Assembly (NCBI GenBank): GCA_002269645.1
Contig: NIVC01000305.1
Coordinates: 186,001-250,000, forward strand
Source: Macrostomum lignano
Lineage: Eukaryota
DNA: 64,000 nucleotides
Direction: 5' to 3'
Position 1 is the stretch's first letter; each line of letters begins with the position of its first letter. The translations under genes were made by a program, and so were the position numbers. Below, one piece after another: positions 50,232-62,240 of this stretch. Below the pieces are notes generated by a model that saw only the letters and a list, made by a program, of their open reading frames with translations, searched no databases and was not told the DNA's origin.

Positions 50232-52589
50232 CAGGTGACACAGAGCAGCTTCTTCCTAAACCCTAACGATTCACAGCTTAAAGTATAACGCTTTATAATT
50301 CCCACACGAAATCACGTTATTTAAAAGAACAAATAAAACGTTCGTATAGCAGCTAACCTTGTTGTTTTCACGTTGCTTGCTGGAGGAAGGTGTGAATAAG
50401 TGCCGTCAATTGCTCTGTACTTTTTCTCTAATTTTCTCTAATGTTCTCAATAATTTAGCACTAGTTTCGTGCAATAGTTCAAGCCATGTACAAGCGTACA
50501 TGTAAGTGCTTCTATTCTTAAAGTATACGTTTTTCCTTTCCTCGGTTAATTTTATATCCAATATGTGAACGAGCGTACATATTTAAAAAGTCTACTAGTT
50601 GTTCGATTTTTACATGCTTTTTGCCATTTAATAATTTATGTACCACGCCACAATCAATGAGCCCCGTACGAGCGTATACTGGTGACGGAGTGCAACCACT
50701 TGAATATTTTATTTTTCTTTGTATTAAAACTTCTCGGATATAGTGTTATTCATCTGCATTATGCTTTTGTAAGCAAGTGGCAGAAGCTCCGAATCTTCGG
50801 AAAAGTAGGCAAAATACGGCGGCTTGTCACGTCGGGCTACCACTAGAAAAAACTTCGCTGACGAATCTCGGCGAAGCTATCATGAAATGAACGTGACATA
50901 CCAGTCGTTAGTTAATCCGGTTAGAACAAATAGGTATTAAAATTTCCTGTAATATTAATACGAATAATATAATTTTTTACCATTTTTCAATTGTGGACAG
51001 CTTGCAGGGTGATTTAGCTGCCTTTCCAGCTAAACGTTGCTTTTCATATTCGCTAAGCTGCTTGAATTTTGCAGCCATGTTTTTTGCTGGCCTATAAACA
51101 AAAAATAGTTTACTCAGTTCAAATTAAGACTTTGTAACTGTAAAAGCAAGTAACATACCAAACCGAGTCGAGGTGGGGTGTGCAGAGTCAAGGAGGGGTG
51201 TGCGGAGTCGAGGAGGTGTGCAGAGTCGAGGAGGGGGTTTGCAGAGTCAAGGTTGGTGTACGGACTCAGGGATGGGCGGCTGTTATTCCGTATTAATTAA
51301 AACTGAATTAGTTACACATTCGAGTTGAAGGTTTAAAATTTTTCCATTTCAAATATTGGTAAGAAAATAATTGATTTATTACATTAGCAGAGTGCCAAAA
51401 CTCACCTGCTCCTTCACTTGCTCTTCGCCTAGAACATGTTGGATCCTGCATGTTGCGACTGCCGGCTGCCAGGTAATGCAGATACAGATTTGTCTGCTTC
51501 CAGCTTCTAATTGATCAAGTTTAAGGCCAATGGCAATGCTTAGCTTAAAAGGAATAATTAAGAAAACTGCAGAGATCGAATCTAGTTAAAATGTTCTTAT
51601 TCTATTCGCGATGTTAAGACCTAACAACGAGTACCAAGCTAGAGAAAAGCAGCCCGCTAATAGTAAAAACCTCCATCAAAAACTAATCGTCGGGTAATGC
51701 GAACAGGTTGCCATGATGCGATAGCTTTTAGCATCAAATCCACCAATACGAGTTGATTTGCTATTTTTTCTGTTTAGATTGCTTTTTTTCAAAAAATTAT
51801 TTCATGTTTATTATGAAAAAACAATGCAAAACAACGTGTATTTGGTATAAACGGCTTTGTAGCAAGAAAATAATTTAGAAAAATAAACTTTTATTTAGCA
51901 TTAAATAACAAAATTTCTGCATAGAAAGCAGTATAATAAGCTGCCATGTACATTCTTGTTCTTCTACGAGTAATAACTAAATATGAAAACAATGGTATCA
52001 AAGAGCCTCCAGCTTGTTAAACTGCTTAGCCCAGCGCAATGAGATAAATCGCAAGTACCATGTACTGAAAAGAGAAATTTTATTTAAACAAAACTTAGTT
52101 TTTTACTTTCTTAGAGCTCCTCCTTAAACTTTTATGTGCGCGCTAAAAATTCGTTTCCCTTGCTCCCTGTCGTTCTTAGTCCCTGTTCGTCGCCTCAAAC
52201 CCCGTCCCTGATCTCCCATTTCTTTGTGGTGAGGATAATGGTATCAACGAGCTTTAAGCTTAGATTTGCCCGAGATGAATAGATGGTCCAATAGAAACGC
52301 TTCTTCTTAAATCCATGGACGATAGTTCCCCATATCCCACTCCACAATATATATGCAACTGCCTTCATTGTTGCCCAACTTAAACATGCCATCATAGCTT
52401 TCTATCTTACTCGTCAAATCATGAGTCTCTTCATTCGCATTTGCCTACTGGTTGCTCTTGTGTCGCTTTGTGACGGAACGCACAATCAGCGCATATCGTT
52501 TCTGGATTTGTCCAAAAATTTGTTCCAAGAGTTCAGTGATGAAAGTCTTAAAAAGTTTCAGGTTTTCAGGTTTTCAGTTTCAGGTTTGT

Positions 52590-55165
52590 TTTTTCCGCTT
52601 ATTCTCAAGAGTCTTGCCATAGACAAAGTTGTTGGCCAACTTAAAGGTTCTTGTCAAAGTCGTTAGTTGCTTTGGTCCTAAACTGGGTGTTCTTATCAAT
52701 CTAGGGTTTCATCCACGCTTCCTCTGTAAATGTAAGAGCCCGGTGAACTTTGGTGACCCTGAAACCCAGTGAGATAAAATACTGAAGCAGTTTGTAATGG
52801 ATTTTGTAACGTGTCTGGTTTAGATTCTGTGTTAGTTTCTCTGTATGTTCTTTTTCTGTTCCTGACAGGTGCCAAGTTCCATTGGGAGTTTCGATTATTT
52901 TCGGGCACTTGATGTTCTCTGGGAAGGGTGGAAAGTCAGAGAAATAGTCGTGAAGCTCTGGCGGAATGTAAACATCAACCTCATAAATGGCAGCCAATGA
53001 AAAGTCCCACTTTAGTTCTGTTGAGGGTAGCCATCGAAAATCTCTAACTGGAAGATCTTGACTCATCGCCCACCCGTAGAGATTATTAGCGTCCAAGTAA
53101 GTAATGTACTCGTAGTTTGAGGGCTGCTCCTTATTGTAAGATTCAATGTAGGGATTGTTTGATTTTGCATATCTATGGGTGCAAATTGAGATTCCCCCTC
53201 GCTTTGACGATTCGACAAAATTGTACATGTCAATGTCTGTAAGAAGTTCAATGTACCAATCTGGATCTGGATCCCATTTCATTTTAAGCAAAGATTCTCA
53301 GCTAGTGGCAGGAAGTGACACATAATGTGCTGGATCAAGGCCATATGCTGTGTACCAGGTGTATCTGAAGGTTTCAAACACATCAGCCAGCAGAAACATC
53401 TGTGAAGAGGTAAAGCAGGTGATACTGGAAGAAGTTTTGACAATTAAAGTAATTATAGACATGCTTCGCGTGCTCATAGTCTTTGTCAGAGATTCCAGAG
53501 TCTGTTAGCTTTGAAAAGAACTTCTCCTGTGGTGGTAAACCTTCTTCAAATACGTGATACCCAGTAATATTTTCATAGGGGTAGAAGCCTTTCTTTCTTA
53601 AAATTTTAAATGATTCATCAGTGTTGTTAATTTTACTTGCAAATATCTTAGTGAAAGTACATTGTTCATCTTTTAGATTCTTGCTTAGTTCGTCTAGACT
53701 GGCAGCTAGAAATTGATATGAATCCTTCAGTCTTATTTTACCTTCACTCGAACGTTCACCTTTACCCGAATTGTCCTGTTTAATATCAACACACTTAAAC
53801 TTCTTTGTTCTCGTCGATGCAATCAAGGTGTATGTCTGGAATCATGCCGATTTTTTCAACTATTAAATGCATGTCATAGTTCTTTGCGTTGTGACAAAAT
53901 ATCGTTAGATCATGAATGTTCGATTTAGCTTTAGATTAAAGGTGTTATGCGCTGCACCTCTAAATTTCCCAGTATAGTGGCAGTGGTCCCTAACGGTGGG
54001 GTTTTTAATATCAGTGCAAGTTAACTGTTTCCTGCAGATGTGGCAATGAGTTGCTGATAGGAAATTGCTTTCATCCTCCTCAGTCATCATTATTGGAACA
54101 GATTGAAGGCTGCTAATCACTTTTTGCTACCCTAACATTCTGGCAATAATCAGCTCCACACACTGCTCTACAAAGAAATAATTATAGGCATGATAAGAGC
54201 ATTCGAAATCAGCATATACAACAAATGGGAGCTTCTCCATCTTGCGATAGTCCTTAAACCGGAGATACTTCTCTTCAGCTGAAGGAAGAGAGCAGTTGGT
54301 TGGGTCATCTTCACAGGATAATTCATGCTCTGCTAGTTTTTCAAAGCGCTCAGGTCCACTGTAATGCTTAAGGCACAAGCGGCAGATGGCAACAGCCTCG
54401 TGATGATTATTCAACTGCTTGTGAATGAGTCTTGAAAGATCTTTAATCCAAACATAGTGAGCCTTCTCTAGTAAATTATCAATCACTAGAAGATCCACTT
54501 CAGTCCGCCTTTTCCCCTCAGGATCTAAAACGTCTGCTACATCTGACCGGTTAAACTTTCTCAGTTTTTTTTCACTCCACTCAAAGACTGTTATTCTAAT
54601 TTTGTTATTAAACAGTTCTTCTAGCTTTGGGATCTGAGAGATCGCCAAGCCTCCTTTGTCAAACCTGATTACCAACTGGTGTGTGATCAACAACTGATTG
54701 GATGCTGTCTTTATAGTCGTAGTTGTTTGCGGTATATTTGATTTGGTTGGTGTCGTTAATTGGGATTGTGTACTCTATGTAATGTTCCGTAAACTTCCTC
54801 TGTGCAAAATTCATCTTTTCAATGGCAAGCTCCGACTCTTTTAAATGGATTAGTTGCTCTAATTTCTCTTGTTCCTGCTTATTTTGTGGGTACTTTGCTT
54901 TTTTACCAGTGAAAGTTTCGTATTTGTTAACTAAGTTGCGACTCCTCTCTTGGTGTTCCTTTGCAGGATTTTTTATAGGCGCATACTGATTGGATTATAA
55001 TTGATTGATGATTTCCAACTGTTTTTCATAGCTTCCCAGGTGACCAGGGTCGGTGTTAAACTTTTGTTTACATGCTTCTCTTAGTAAATTACTTTTGTCT
55101 TGAAATGAGACGCCTTTTGAAAAATATTTGTTGACTAAATCTTTTGATGAATTGGCTTTTGGCAT
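52590..55165 (-). pseudogene. polB: Protein-primed family B DNA polymerase (Polinton type), frameshifted and C-terminally truncated
   Basis: VVYADFE (Exo I); VRDHCHYTGKFRGAAH; FCHNAKNYD (Exo II); KGFYPYE; YLDANNLYGWAM (motif A); KLANNFVYGKTLEN (motif B). Confidence 0.93.
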
Positions 55166-55443
55166 TTTTTTCTCTAAAATAAATAAAAAAGTTTTGAGGG
55201 TGAGCACCCTGATAGAAAAGTTGAACTGTTTCTACATCCCATCAGTAGCGTTAGGTTTATGAAGCTGGATAAAGTGGGGTTTTAAACCTCATCACATGCG
55301 CATTATTGTAAACCCAGCATTGTGCAGTGTCATGATGGCTTTGACAATGTCAGACTTGCTTACAGAATTTTCATGCTCACAATCATCACGATCAGGGCAG
55401 CACTTAAGGCAGCCCTCAGGGCAGCCCTCTCCTGCCTTAATTG

Positions 55444-55750
55444 TTAATACCTTTGTCTCTTGCAATCTTTTTGCAATTCTAGCTGGTGGGCTCTATCATT
55501 CCCAGCTTTAACAGCAGTTGCTTCACCACCTGCGGCACTTACAGCGCCTGCAATGATCGGGATAAGAGCTGCTAATGGTAGGAATTCCTCCAGACTTTTC
55601 ATCTGTGATGCTGTGTCTTTGCTCATTACACTGAACTATTAGCTGCATGGGATCGATTTTTACTTTGACACCTTTAATTGATATAAGACGTGGTTTTGAT
55701 TTAATTATTTTATTGAGTTTATTGATGGTTCTGGTTTCAATCTTTGTCAT
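55444..55750 (-). pseudogene. Adenovirus pX/mu-like core protein precursor, frameshifted
   Basis: Basic N-terminus, then KSGG/FLPLAALIPIIAGAVSAAGG across a 1-nt shift; similar to the pX C-terminal GGFLPALIPIIAAAIG motif. Confidence 0.6.
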
Positions 55751-56654
55751 TTTTTATTTTAATATTTTAATTAATTTCTGTCAGCTGGTATCACTAGGAG
55801 TTCAGCTCTAGTGAATGACCGCGTGGGGGATTTAGGGTTAAAGGCCTGAGATAAAAAGTAATACTCTCCAGAGTCGGAGGTAAAATGTTAATATCAAAAA
55901 TGCTAATGCTAAATGCTAAATGCTAATATCAGCAGCAGTCTGTGGGGTAAGCTCAACCGCCTGCAAGTTTGCGATGTGGAAGTCCATTAGTGTGGCAGTT
56001 GCAGGCCTAAAGTCACTCTCATGATGTCATGGACTCATGGTCTCTGTTTTATTGGCTTGTTTTTGTTTTGGCACGGTGTGAGTCTAGCATTGCTAATATT
56101 AAACACATAGTAATCTTTTGTAACACTTGAGGTGAAGCACATTTAGTTCCTGTCATATTTATTGTCATTGAAGTCGAAGATCAATTATATACCGGTACCG
56201 TATTGACGTATCGTATTTAAAAAATATTTAAAAATGATTTTTTATTTGAAAGTTTAACTGTTGTGCTTCCTTAGATACATTTTTTCTGGTACAAAAGTCT
56301 TCAATTTTAAATGTATTGTGATAAAACTTGAAAACTCTCCTGCTTCTATCATGAACAGGTTATAAAATCGAAAAGTAAGTTTAGTTTTGTTAATGTTTTC
56401 CGTAGCTGTTGACAACAGGAATTAATTACCTTTTTTATTTAATGTATCGTAAATTTATTATTTCTTAAATTCTTATGAGAATGCAGCGATACTATTGTTA
56501 TTGTCAATTGTCATGCATTTAATACAGTTTTAAAGTAAAGTAAAATTATTCAGACACTTTCTCAAGACCTTTAGCAGTACATTGGCCGTGCAATTTTATA
56601 ATTTTTGGAGGCTAATATCCATCAAACATTACACTGCAGAGACAGGAAAAACAG

Positions 56655-56885
56655 GCTTGCTAAAATTTTTCGAGGATATGAAATTTCGAGCTTATGAAGT
56701 TTCGGGTTTGTGAAAGTGGGCTGCTAGAATGGTTTTCGAGGTTGTAAAATTTCGAGCTTGTGAAATTTTGAGATTGTGAAGTCGCTTGCTAAAATTTTCG
56801 AGGATATGAAATTTCGAGCTTATGAAGTTTCGGGTTTGTGAAAGGAAGTGCTTTTCGAGGTTGTGAAACTTCGAGCTTGTGAAGC
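56655..56885. repeat. Degenerate ~20-bp tandem repeat (TTTCGAGCTTGTGAAA) with a ~60-bp higher-order duplication
   Basis: Seen directly. Confidence 0.8.
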
Positions 56886-57142
56886 GACCCCTGTATCGTA
56901 TGTATGTATAGCGTCCTGATATAATTCTGCTCTGGGGCGTAGCCAAATGGGGACACTCACTTGTTTTTTGCTTCCTTCGCTAACATTGCAGTTGAATTTG
57001 TCTCTGTCCTGTCCCCCCTGACGACTGACGTGAATCCTGGCAACGCGCCTGATCTGCTGGTCATCGAAATTTCTCTGAAAGATGGTTTCCTGAAAGTTCC
57101 TTGCATATGGTACATTGCATTGCATTGCATCAAAGGTTTATA

Positions 57143-58330
57143 GGAGGGGTGTCCGGTGAAATATAGGACAGGTGCTATATATTTAAAACAAACAATTAAA
57201 ACGAAACAATAACTGTGCCATTTTTCAACGTAATCTCCACCCTTCTCAATGCACCGCTGCCATCGCTCCAGCCACTTGTTGAATGCCTCGGTGAACTGGG
57301 AAGCAGCCATGGGGTTGGTGACCCCCTGCCATGCACTCTTGACCTCTTGCAAGGTGTCAAACCGGCAACCGGCAATGCAGTTTTTGACATACGGAAATAG
57401 CCAGAAGTCGGCAGGGGCCAAATCAGGTGAGTAGGGTGGATGCGGCACCACCGGAATGCCTCTTCTGGCAAGAAACTCCCTGGTATGGGCTGATACGTGT
57501 GGACGGGCATTGTCATGGTGCAAGAACCATCCATTCTGAGCCAGGTGAGGCCGCTTGCGTCGAATGTGGTCCCTCAGAGTATCAAGTACAGTGCAGTAAT
57601 ACTCGCTGTTGACTGTCTGGCTCTGCTCTACATAGTGTGTAGACAAGGCCCTGCGAGTCAAAGAAAACAATGGCCATTGTTTTCTTGGCACTGCGGGACA
57701 CCCGGGCCTTTGTCGGGGCATTGGCACCCATTGGCACCCACTGCTTGGATTGGTTCTTGGTTTCCGGAGTCACGTAGTAAAGCCAGGTTTCATCAGCAGT
57801 GATTATTCGCTGCAGAAAGCCCGGCTCACTTCGCATCATGCGTAAGAAGTCGTGAGCACAGCGTGTGCGCTCCCTGCGGTTTTCTTCCGTGAACAGGTGA
57901 GGCACCCACCTGGCTGACACATGCTTGAGCTGCAGGTCATGGACAAGAATCTCATGAATAGTTGTCTTGGGAATCCCAGATTCATCTGAGAGCTCCCTGA
58001 CAGTGAGACGCCTGTCCTCCTAAATCAGACGAGCTAGAATCTCAATGTTTGCTGGGGTCCTGACAGTCGGGTCCTTGTTCTTTTCACGTCCATCAGAACC
58101 ATCGTGGCCAGAGCGCAGTTGGTCATAGATGTAATAGACCTGGCTTCTAGACAAGGCATTATCTTGGTAGATTGCCTGCAGGTGGCGAAGACACTCCATC
58201 GCAGACTTTCCAGCTTTGTAGAAATCGATAACGATATCTCGCTGTTAAACCATTTTCTCAGATCAATAAATTTCAGTAGGGGTAGGATATGCGTATGAAA
58301 TGTTTTCAAGTGCTGCAAAGTGAGACCTTT
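57143..58330 (-). mobile_element. Mariner (DD34D) element, one TIR retained
   Basis: TA followed by GGAGGGGTGTCCGGTGAAATATAGGACAG at 57141; the opposite TIR is missing. Confidence 0.88.
57216..58253 (-). pseudogene. Mariner transposase pseudogene
   Basis: WVPHL, ITADETW, HHDNARPH, YSPDLAPADFWLF with 34 residues between the second and third Asp; stops at codon 3 and near 58021; frameshift near 57640. Confidence 0.93.
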
Positions 58331-58369
58331 AGTTTTTAAGCAGAGGCTTAAAAAGAGCAGAAGAGCAGA

Positions 58370-59506
58370 ACTTTCTCGGCGGCGGGTTGCTGCCATCTCG
58401 CGGTTACTGAAGTCAATGGAACGGTTGCTGCGGCACCATTCGTGTGCCGGGTGTCGTAAATTGGGCGCTTCCGTCGGCGCTGCGGCGAGGAGTCGGCACC
58501 AGACATCGGTTGCGCTGGCCCCAGGAGTCCCGGGCTGGTGGCGAGCAGGTTCCCATGGCTCCGGGGTGTCGTTATCGCGCGATCCCCGTGAGTAGAACTC
58601 TCGCATTTCGTTGATCAAAGTCTCCAGTAGTCGTCGCTGCTCTTGCAGAGTTTCGGCTTGTTGCTCCATCACTTCACGCAACCAGTTTTCCTCGGGCCGA
58701 GATGACTTGTCGTCGTGTTGCACCACAGTGTGCGTCTGACTATTGTCACCTTCGAGAACCCGGACGTGTCTCGCTGCTGGCGGCGGTGCTACTCGCTGAG
58801 CCAGACTAGCTGCTGTCTCCAAGCGTAGCACGGCCCTTCTTGCTGCGGTCAGATTCTGCGGTCGCACCAGGATTAGCTGCTCTCTGGCTGACTGAGCAAT
58901 CCGCACTCCCACAGTGAATTGATCCACCAGTTCAGCCTGCTTCTGAACCGGGGTGAAGTGCGGAAATGCTCTATCGGCCAGAGCAATTAGTCGATCGCCG
59001 TAGTCGTCCACACTCTCGTTCTTGCCTTGCTGACAGCTTCGGAACTGCTCCCGATACTCCAGCGTGTCGGCCACATGCGTAAAGCGTTCAGACAATCGTT
59101 TGAACTCACCAAACGTCAGATTATCTGGCAGCTCCATCCTGACGACTGTGGGATAGGTTGCGGCGATGTCCAAAATCTCTAGGATCTCCGCCTTCTTTCG
59201 TCTGTCGTCTGTGATCCCGTTGAGGCTCTCTTTCAGAGCCTGATTCCAGACGTCGAATTCCTGGTTCTGCGTGTACCGCTAAATCTTGACCGGTTTCGGC
59301 GCCGGAGCTCGATCCTGCTGCTGGGGCTGCTGGTACACGTGATGATAGTGTTGCGGCTGGCCCAGGCTGGTCTGCTCCAGTCGCCGTCGCACCTCTTCGG
59401 TCACCGCGCGAATCATCTCGTCGTAGGTCGGTATTGGTGTTGAGTTGTCGGGGTTCGCGGCGTCAGCTGTCGCGTCCGCGGCCGTTGAATTAGTAGTTGA
59501 AGCCAT
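58370..59506 (-). pseudogene. Gypsy-type gag with an in-frame stop; pol deleted
   Basis: FKRLSERF...FRSCQQGKNESVDDYGDRLIALADRAF...LVDQFTVGV is a retrotransposon gag motif; the 59279-59506 and 58034-59173 ORFs are in the same frame. Confidence 0.88.
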
Positions 59507-59564
59507 AGTAGTGTAGCGTTTGAACGACTCGTTGAAAGGGTTTTGGCGTTTCGTATCCTACTTA

Positions 59565-59574
59565 GCTGTCACCA
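59565..59574 (-). promoter_or_regulatory. Primer-binding site TGGTGACAGC
   Basis: Lies 1 nt after the LTR end ...CCCCACCTCA and starts with TGG; priming tRNA not identified. Confidence 0.7.
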
Positions 59575-59575
59575 G

Positions 59576-60288
59576 TGAGGTGGGGTGGAGAAAGTTTTCT
59601 TGGAAATGGGTATGTTGAAATTAGTTGCTGACACCAATGAAGTGGGGCGAATTCCACGCTTGAATTGCCGCCGGCGTTGAGTTCGCACGAATAACCCGGA
59701 AATCGCGCAGACGAACCACAACGAAATTCTTTCTCCTGTTTTACTCCGACTGCCGGGTTCTTAAGTCCGGGGGGGGGGAGGGTAGTCGTAATCGTAGCGG
59801 CGCGGTCGTTCAAATGATGAGATACCATAGATTCTGACACCGTAATTTAATGTGTCGTTTTGCTGAGCTTGTTGCTTTAAGTAGCATAGTTGCTGCCACC
59901 ACCGTAATTTACGTATTACGGAACGGATAAGTCTCTGAGCTTTCTTTGAGCTGAGAACTTTGGTTATTTTATGCTCCACAGGCAAATGACTCAATAAATG
60001 CTATGGCTTATGGATCAACGAATAAATATTCGATATTAAGTGATGGTTTACTGGATAAGCAGGTAAAATTAATAATTACGATCGAGAAGATTTCGCAGCG
60101 GCACCGGGGTGCTAAATTAAAAATAAGATGAACAAGCTAAACTTAATATACTAAAGTAGGAGAAGGAGAAGAATAGTATAAAAATTTCGCACGGAAAATC
60201 ATGGTCTTAAATAATAGTCGCGAGTAGATCCACGTGCGGGAGCAGCTGCTGGAAAACACAGTGGACAACACTGGGCCTTTTCATTTCA
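59576..60288 (-). mobile_element. 5' LTR of the gag provirus (R/U5 and part of U3), family B
   Basis: Plus strand starts TGAGGTGGGG; adjacent to the PBS; core shared with the downstream copies. Confidence 0.75.
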
Positions 60289-60953
60289 ATTACGGAACGT
60301 TGAGATCTCAGAGCTCGTCCGGAGTTGAGATTAATTGGATTGTTTAACGCCCCACGTGCAAATAACTCAAGATAAACTATTAAAGGCTTCGATTAATTAA
60401 CGAACTGATTATTATTAACAGCAGGCAGTTATTATATTGTTTTATTATTGTTACTAACGAACGAATGATCGCAGTGGAGCCGGGTGCCAACGGTAACTAA
60501 TTAAATATTAAAAGACTATCAAACGGCAAGGACACTGTACTAATTCGAAATAAACAGGGAGGCAAACTAACTAACCAAGTAAGTATGTAAATGAGCAAGG
60601 ATAAACGAGAGAGCGAAAGAAAAGCGGGGGGAACAGGGAGCAGGGAAAGGAATGAAGAAATGGCGGCCCGAAAAGGCCTTATAAGTATGAAAACTGGGCC
60701 GTCCGGACAGGGATGGGGGAGCAGATGGGGCCAAAAGGCAGGGGATGGGGCAGAGGATGGGGCAAAGGATGTGGCAACGGACGGCACTACTAAAACAAGC
60801 AAAGAAACAAACAAAATTAAATGACGACAAACGATGGGCGAGGGATGGGGCAAGGGCAAAGGGTGACCCAAAAATGGGGGGCATCAACTGGGTTGCGCAA
60901 AATGTCGTCATGCGAATTACCATTCCAAAAACGTATTAGATCGCCCTACCACA
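60289..60953 (-). mobile_element. Truncated family B LTR (U5 side deleted)
   Basis: Re-enters the conserved core at ATTACGGAACG; ends CCCTACCACA, the inverted match (8/10) to TGAGGTGGGG. Confidence 0.65.
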
Positions 60954-60964
60954 CTTGCACAAAT

Positions 60965-62165
60965 TGAGGTGGGGTGGAGAAAAGAGAAAAATGGGAAATG
61001 GATAAATTTAAAAATGATCTCTTTCGAAATCAGTCGGTTTGCTGATACCAATGAGGTGGGCGGTTTTAAGTTTCAAATTCCGCCTCCGAAATCACGGCGC
61101 ACGTAAAGCCGGAAAATGTCACCGTATAACTCGAATCGCTTTTCTCCTTTGGATACTCCATCTGCCGGGTCCTCAATTCCGGGGGGAGGGTAGTCGTAAT
61201 CGCAGTCGAGTGGTCTTGAGCAGGCACGGTCGTTCAGAGGGTAGACTCAATGGTCTAGACACCGCAATTCTGTTTTCTGAGTTTTCTGTTTTGATTACTT
61301 TTAGTAGAGTAGCGCTGCCACCACCGTAATTTACGTATTACGGAACGTTGAGATCTCAGAGCTCGTTCGGAGTTGAGACTAATTCGGTTGTTTAACGCCC
61401 TGCGGGCAAATAACTCAAGATAAACTATTAAGGGCTTCGATAGATTAACGTAATTAAGTAAAGAGCAGGTTACCAAATTATTTATTACTTAGCCGACAGA
61501 TATTTTGGCTACGAATGAGAGTCATCCGGCTGTTCCGAGGTGTCGAATAATTAAGTAAATTTAATTAAAGGCGGTGGCTGTTAAGGTTTAAACAAAAATT
61601 ACAAACGTAAGAATAGAGAGCACAAGAATAGCACGAAAGAAATCCACGAAAGGGGGTTAAAATGCATGACAGAAATGCGGCCAGGACGGCCATATAAATA
61701 ATAGCAACGAGCAGTGCCGACGCCTGGTGCAACCAGTGGGGCAGCGAGCGGGGCAACCAGCGGGTCAACCGGGGGAAAGGGGGCCCGCGAGAAGGGTCAA
61801 CCCAAGGATACCCGCAGAAAAACAGGTAAAAACAGAAAAAACACAGGATGGGGCAACGAGGGGAACAGCGATGGGAACAGGGATAGGACCGGGGAGACAA
61901 ACGATGGGGCAGGCCACGGACAGGCTATTAGATTAAGAGCAACTGGATAACGGTAGTAGCTTATTATTATTATTAGGCTCGCAAGATAATTATTAACGAA
62001 AATTATGACGATTTATTAGAGATATTAATATTATATTACTAAGCTCACTATGACGGGGTGATTCGGCGTGCCGAAAGTTACTTAAACTAAATTAAGTTGA
62101 TGCGCTAAGCAAAATATCAATTAAGAGATTGAATGTTAACGACAAACGAACTAGTTTACTCCACA
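60965..62165 (-). mobile_element. Family B solo LTR, 1201 bp
   Basis: TGAGGTGGGG...CCACA termini; TSD AAAT/AAAC (3/4 match). Confidence 0.65.
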
Positions 62166-62240
62166 AAACAAAACACGGGGAAGGAGGGGTGGGGGTAGGG
62201 GAGGATTGAATTGAGGAAGCGACAGGCAAACGGTTATATG

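Larger units (their letters stand above)
46433..55750. mobile_element. Fragmented Polinton/Maverick (adintovirus-like) endogenous element
   Basis: Protein-primed PolB, A32-like packaging ATPase, major and minor capsid-like fragments and pX-like core ORF, all disrupted; TIRs, integrase and protease not found. Confidence 0.88.

Noticed and set aside
52195-52560. Polinton integrase/chromodomain remnant (IYIVEW...PWI)
   Set aside because: Too short and degraded, with no DDE motifs nearby; cannot be supported without a profile search.
57721-57740. TTGGCACCCA x2 as the mariner frameshift
   Set aside because: The frame reads normally through it (KQWVPMGANAP); the shift is near 57640.
58034-59173. 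379-aa gag-transposase fusion protein
   Set aside because: The gag frame runs by chance into the mariner 5' region in a frame different from the transposase; this is a deletion junction, not a chimeric gene.
59761-61476. Conserved LTR-encoded peptide SVIRKLRWWQ
   Set aside because: The conservation is at nucleotide level over a palindromic stem; the flanking frames differ between copies and contain stops.
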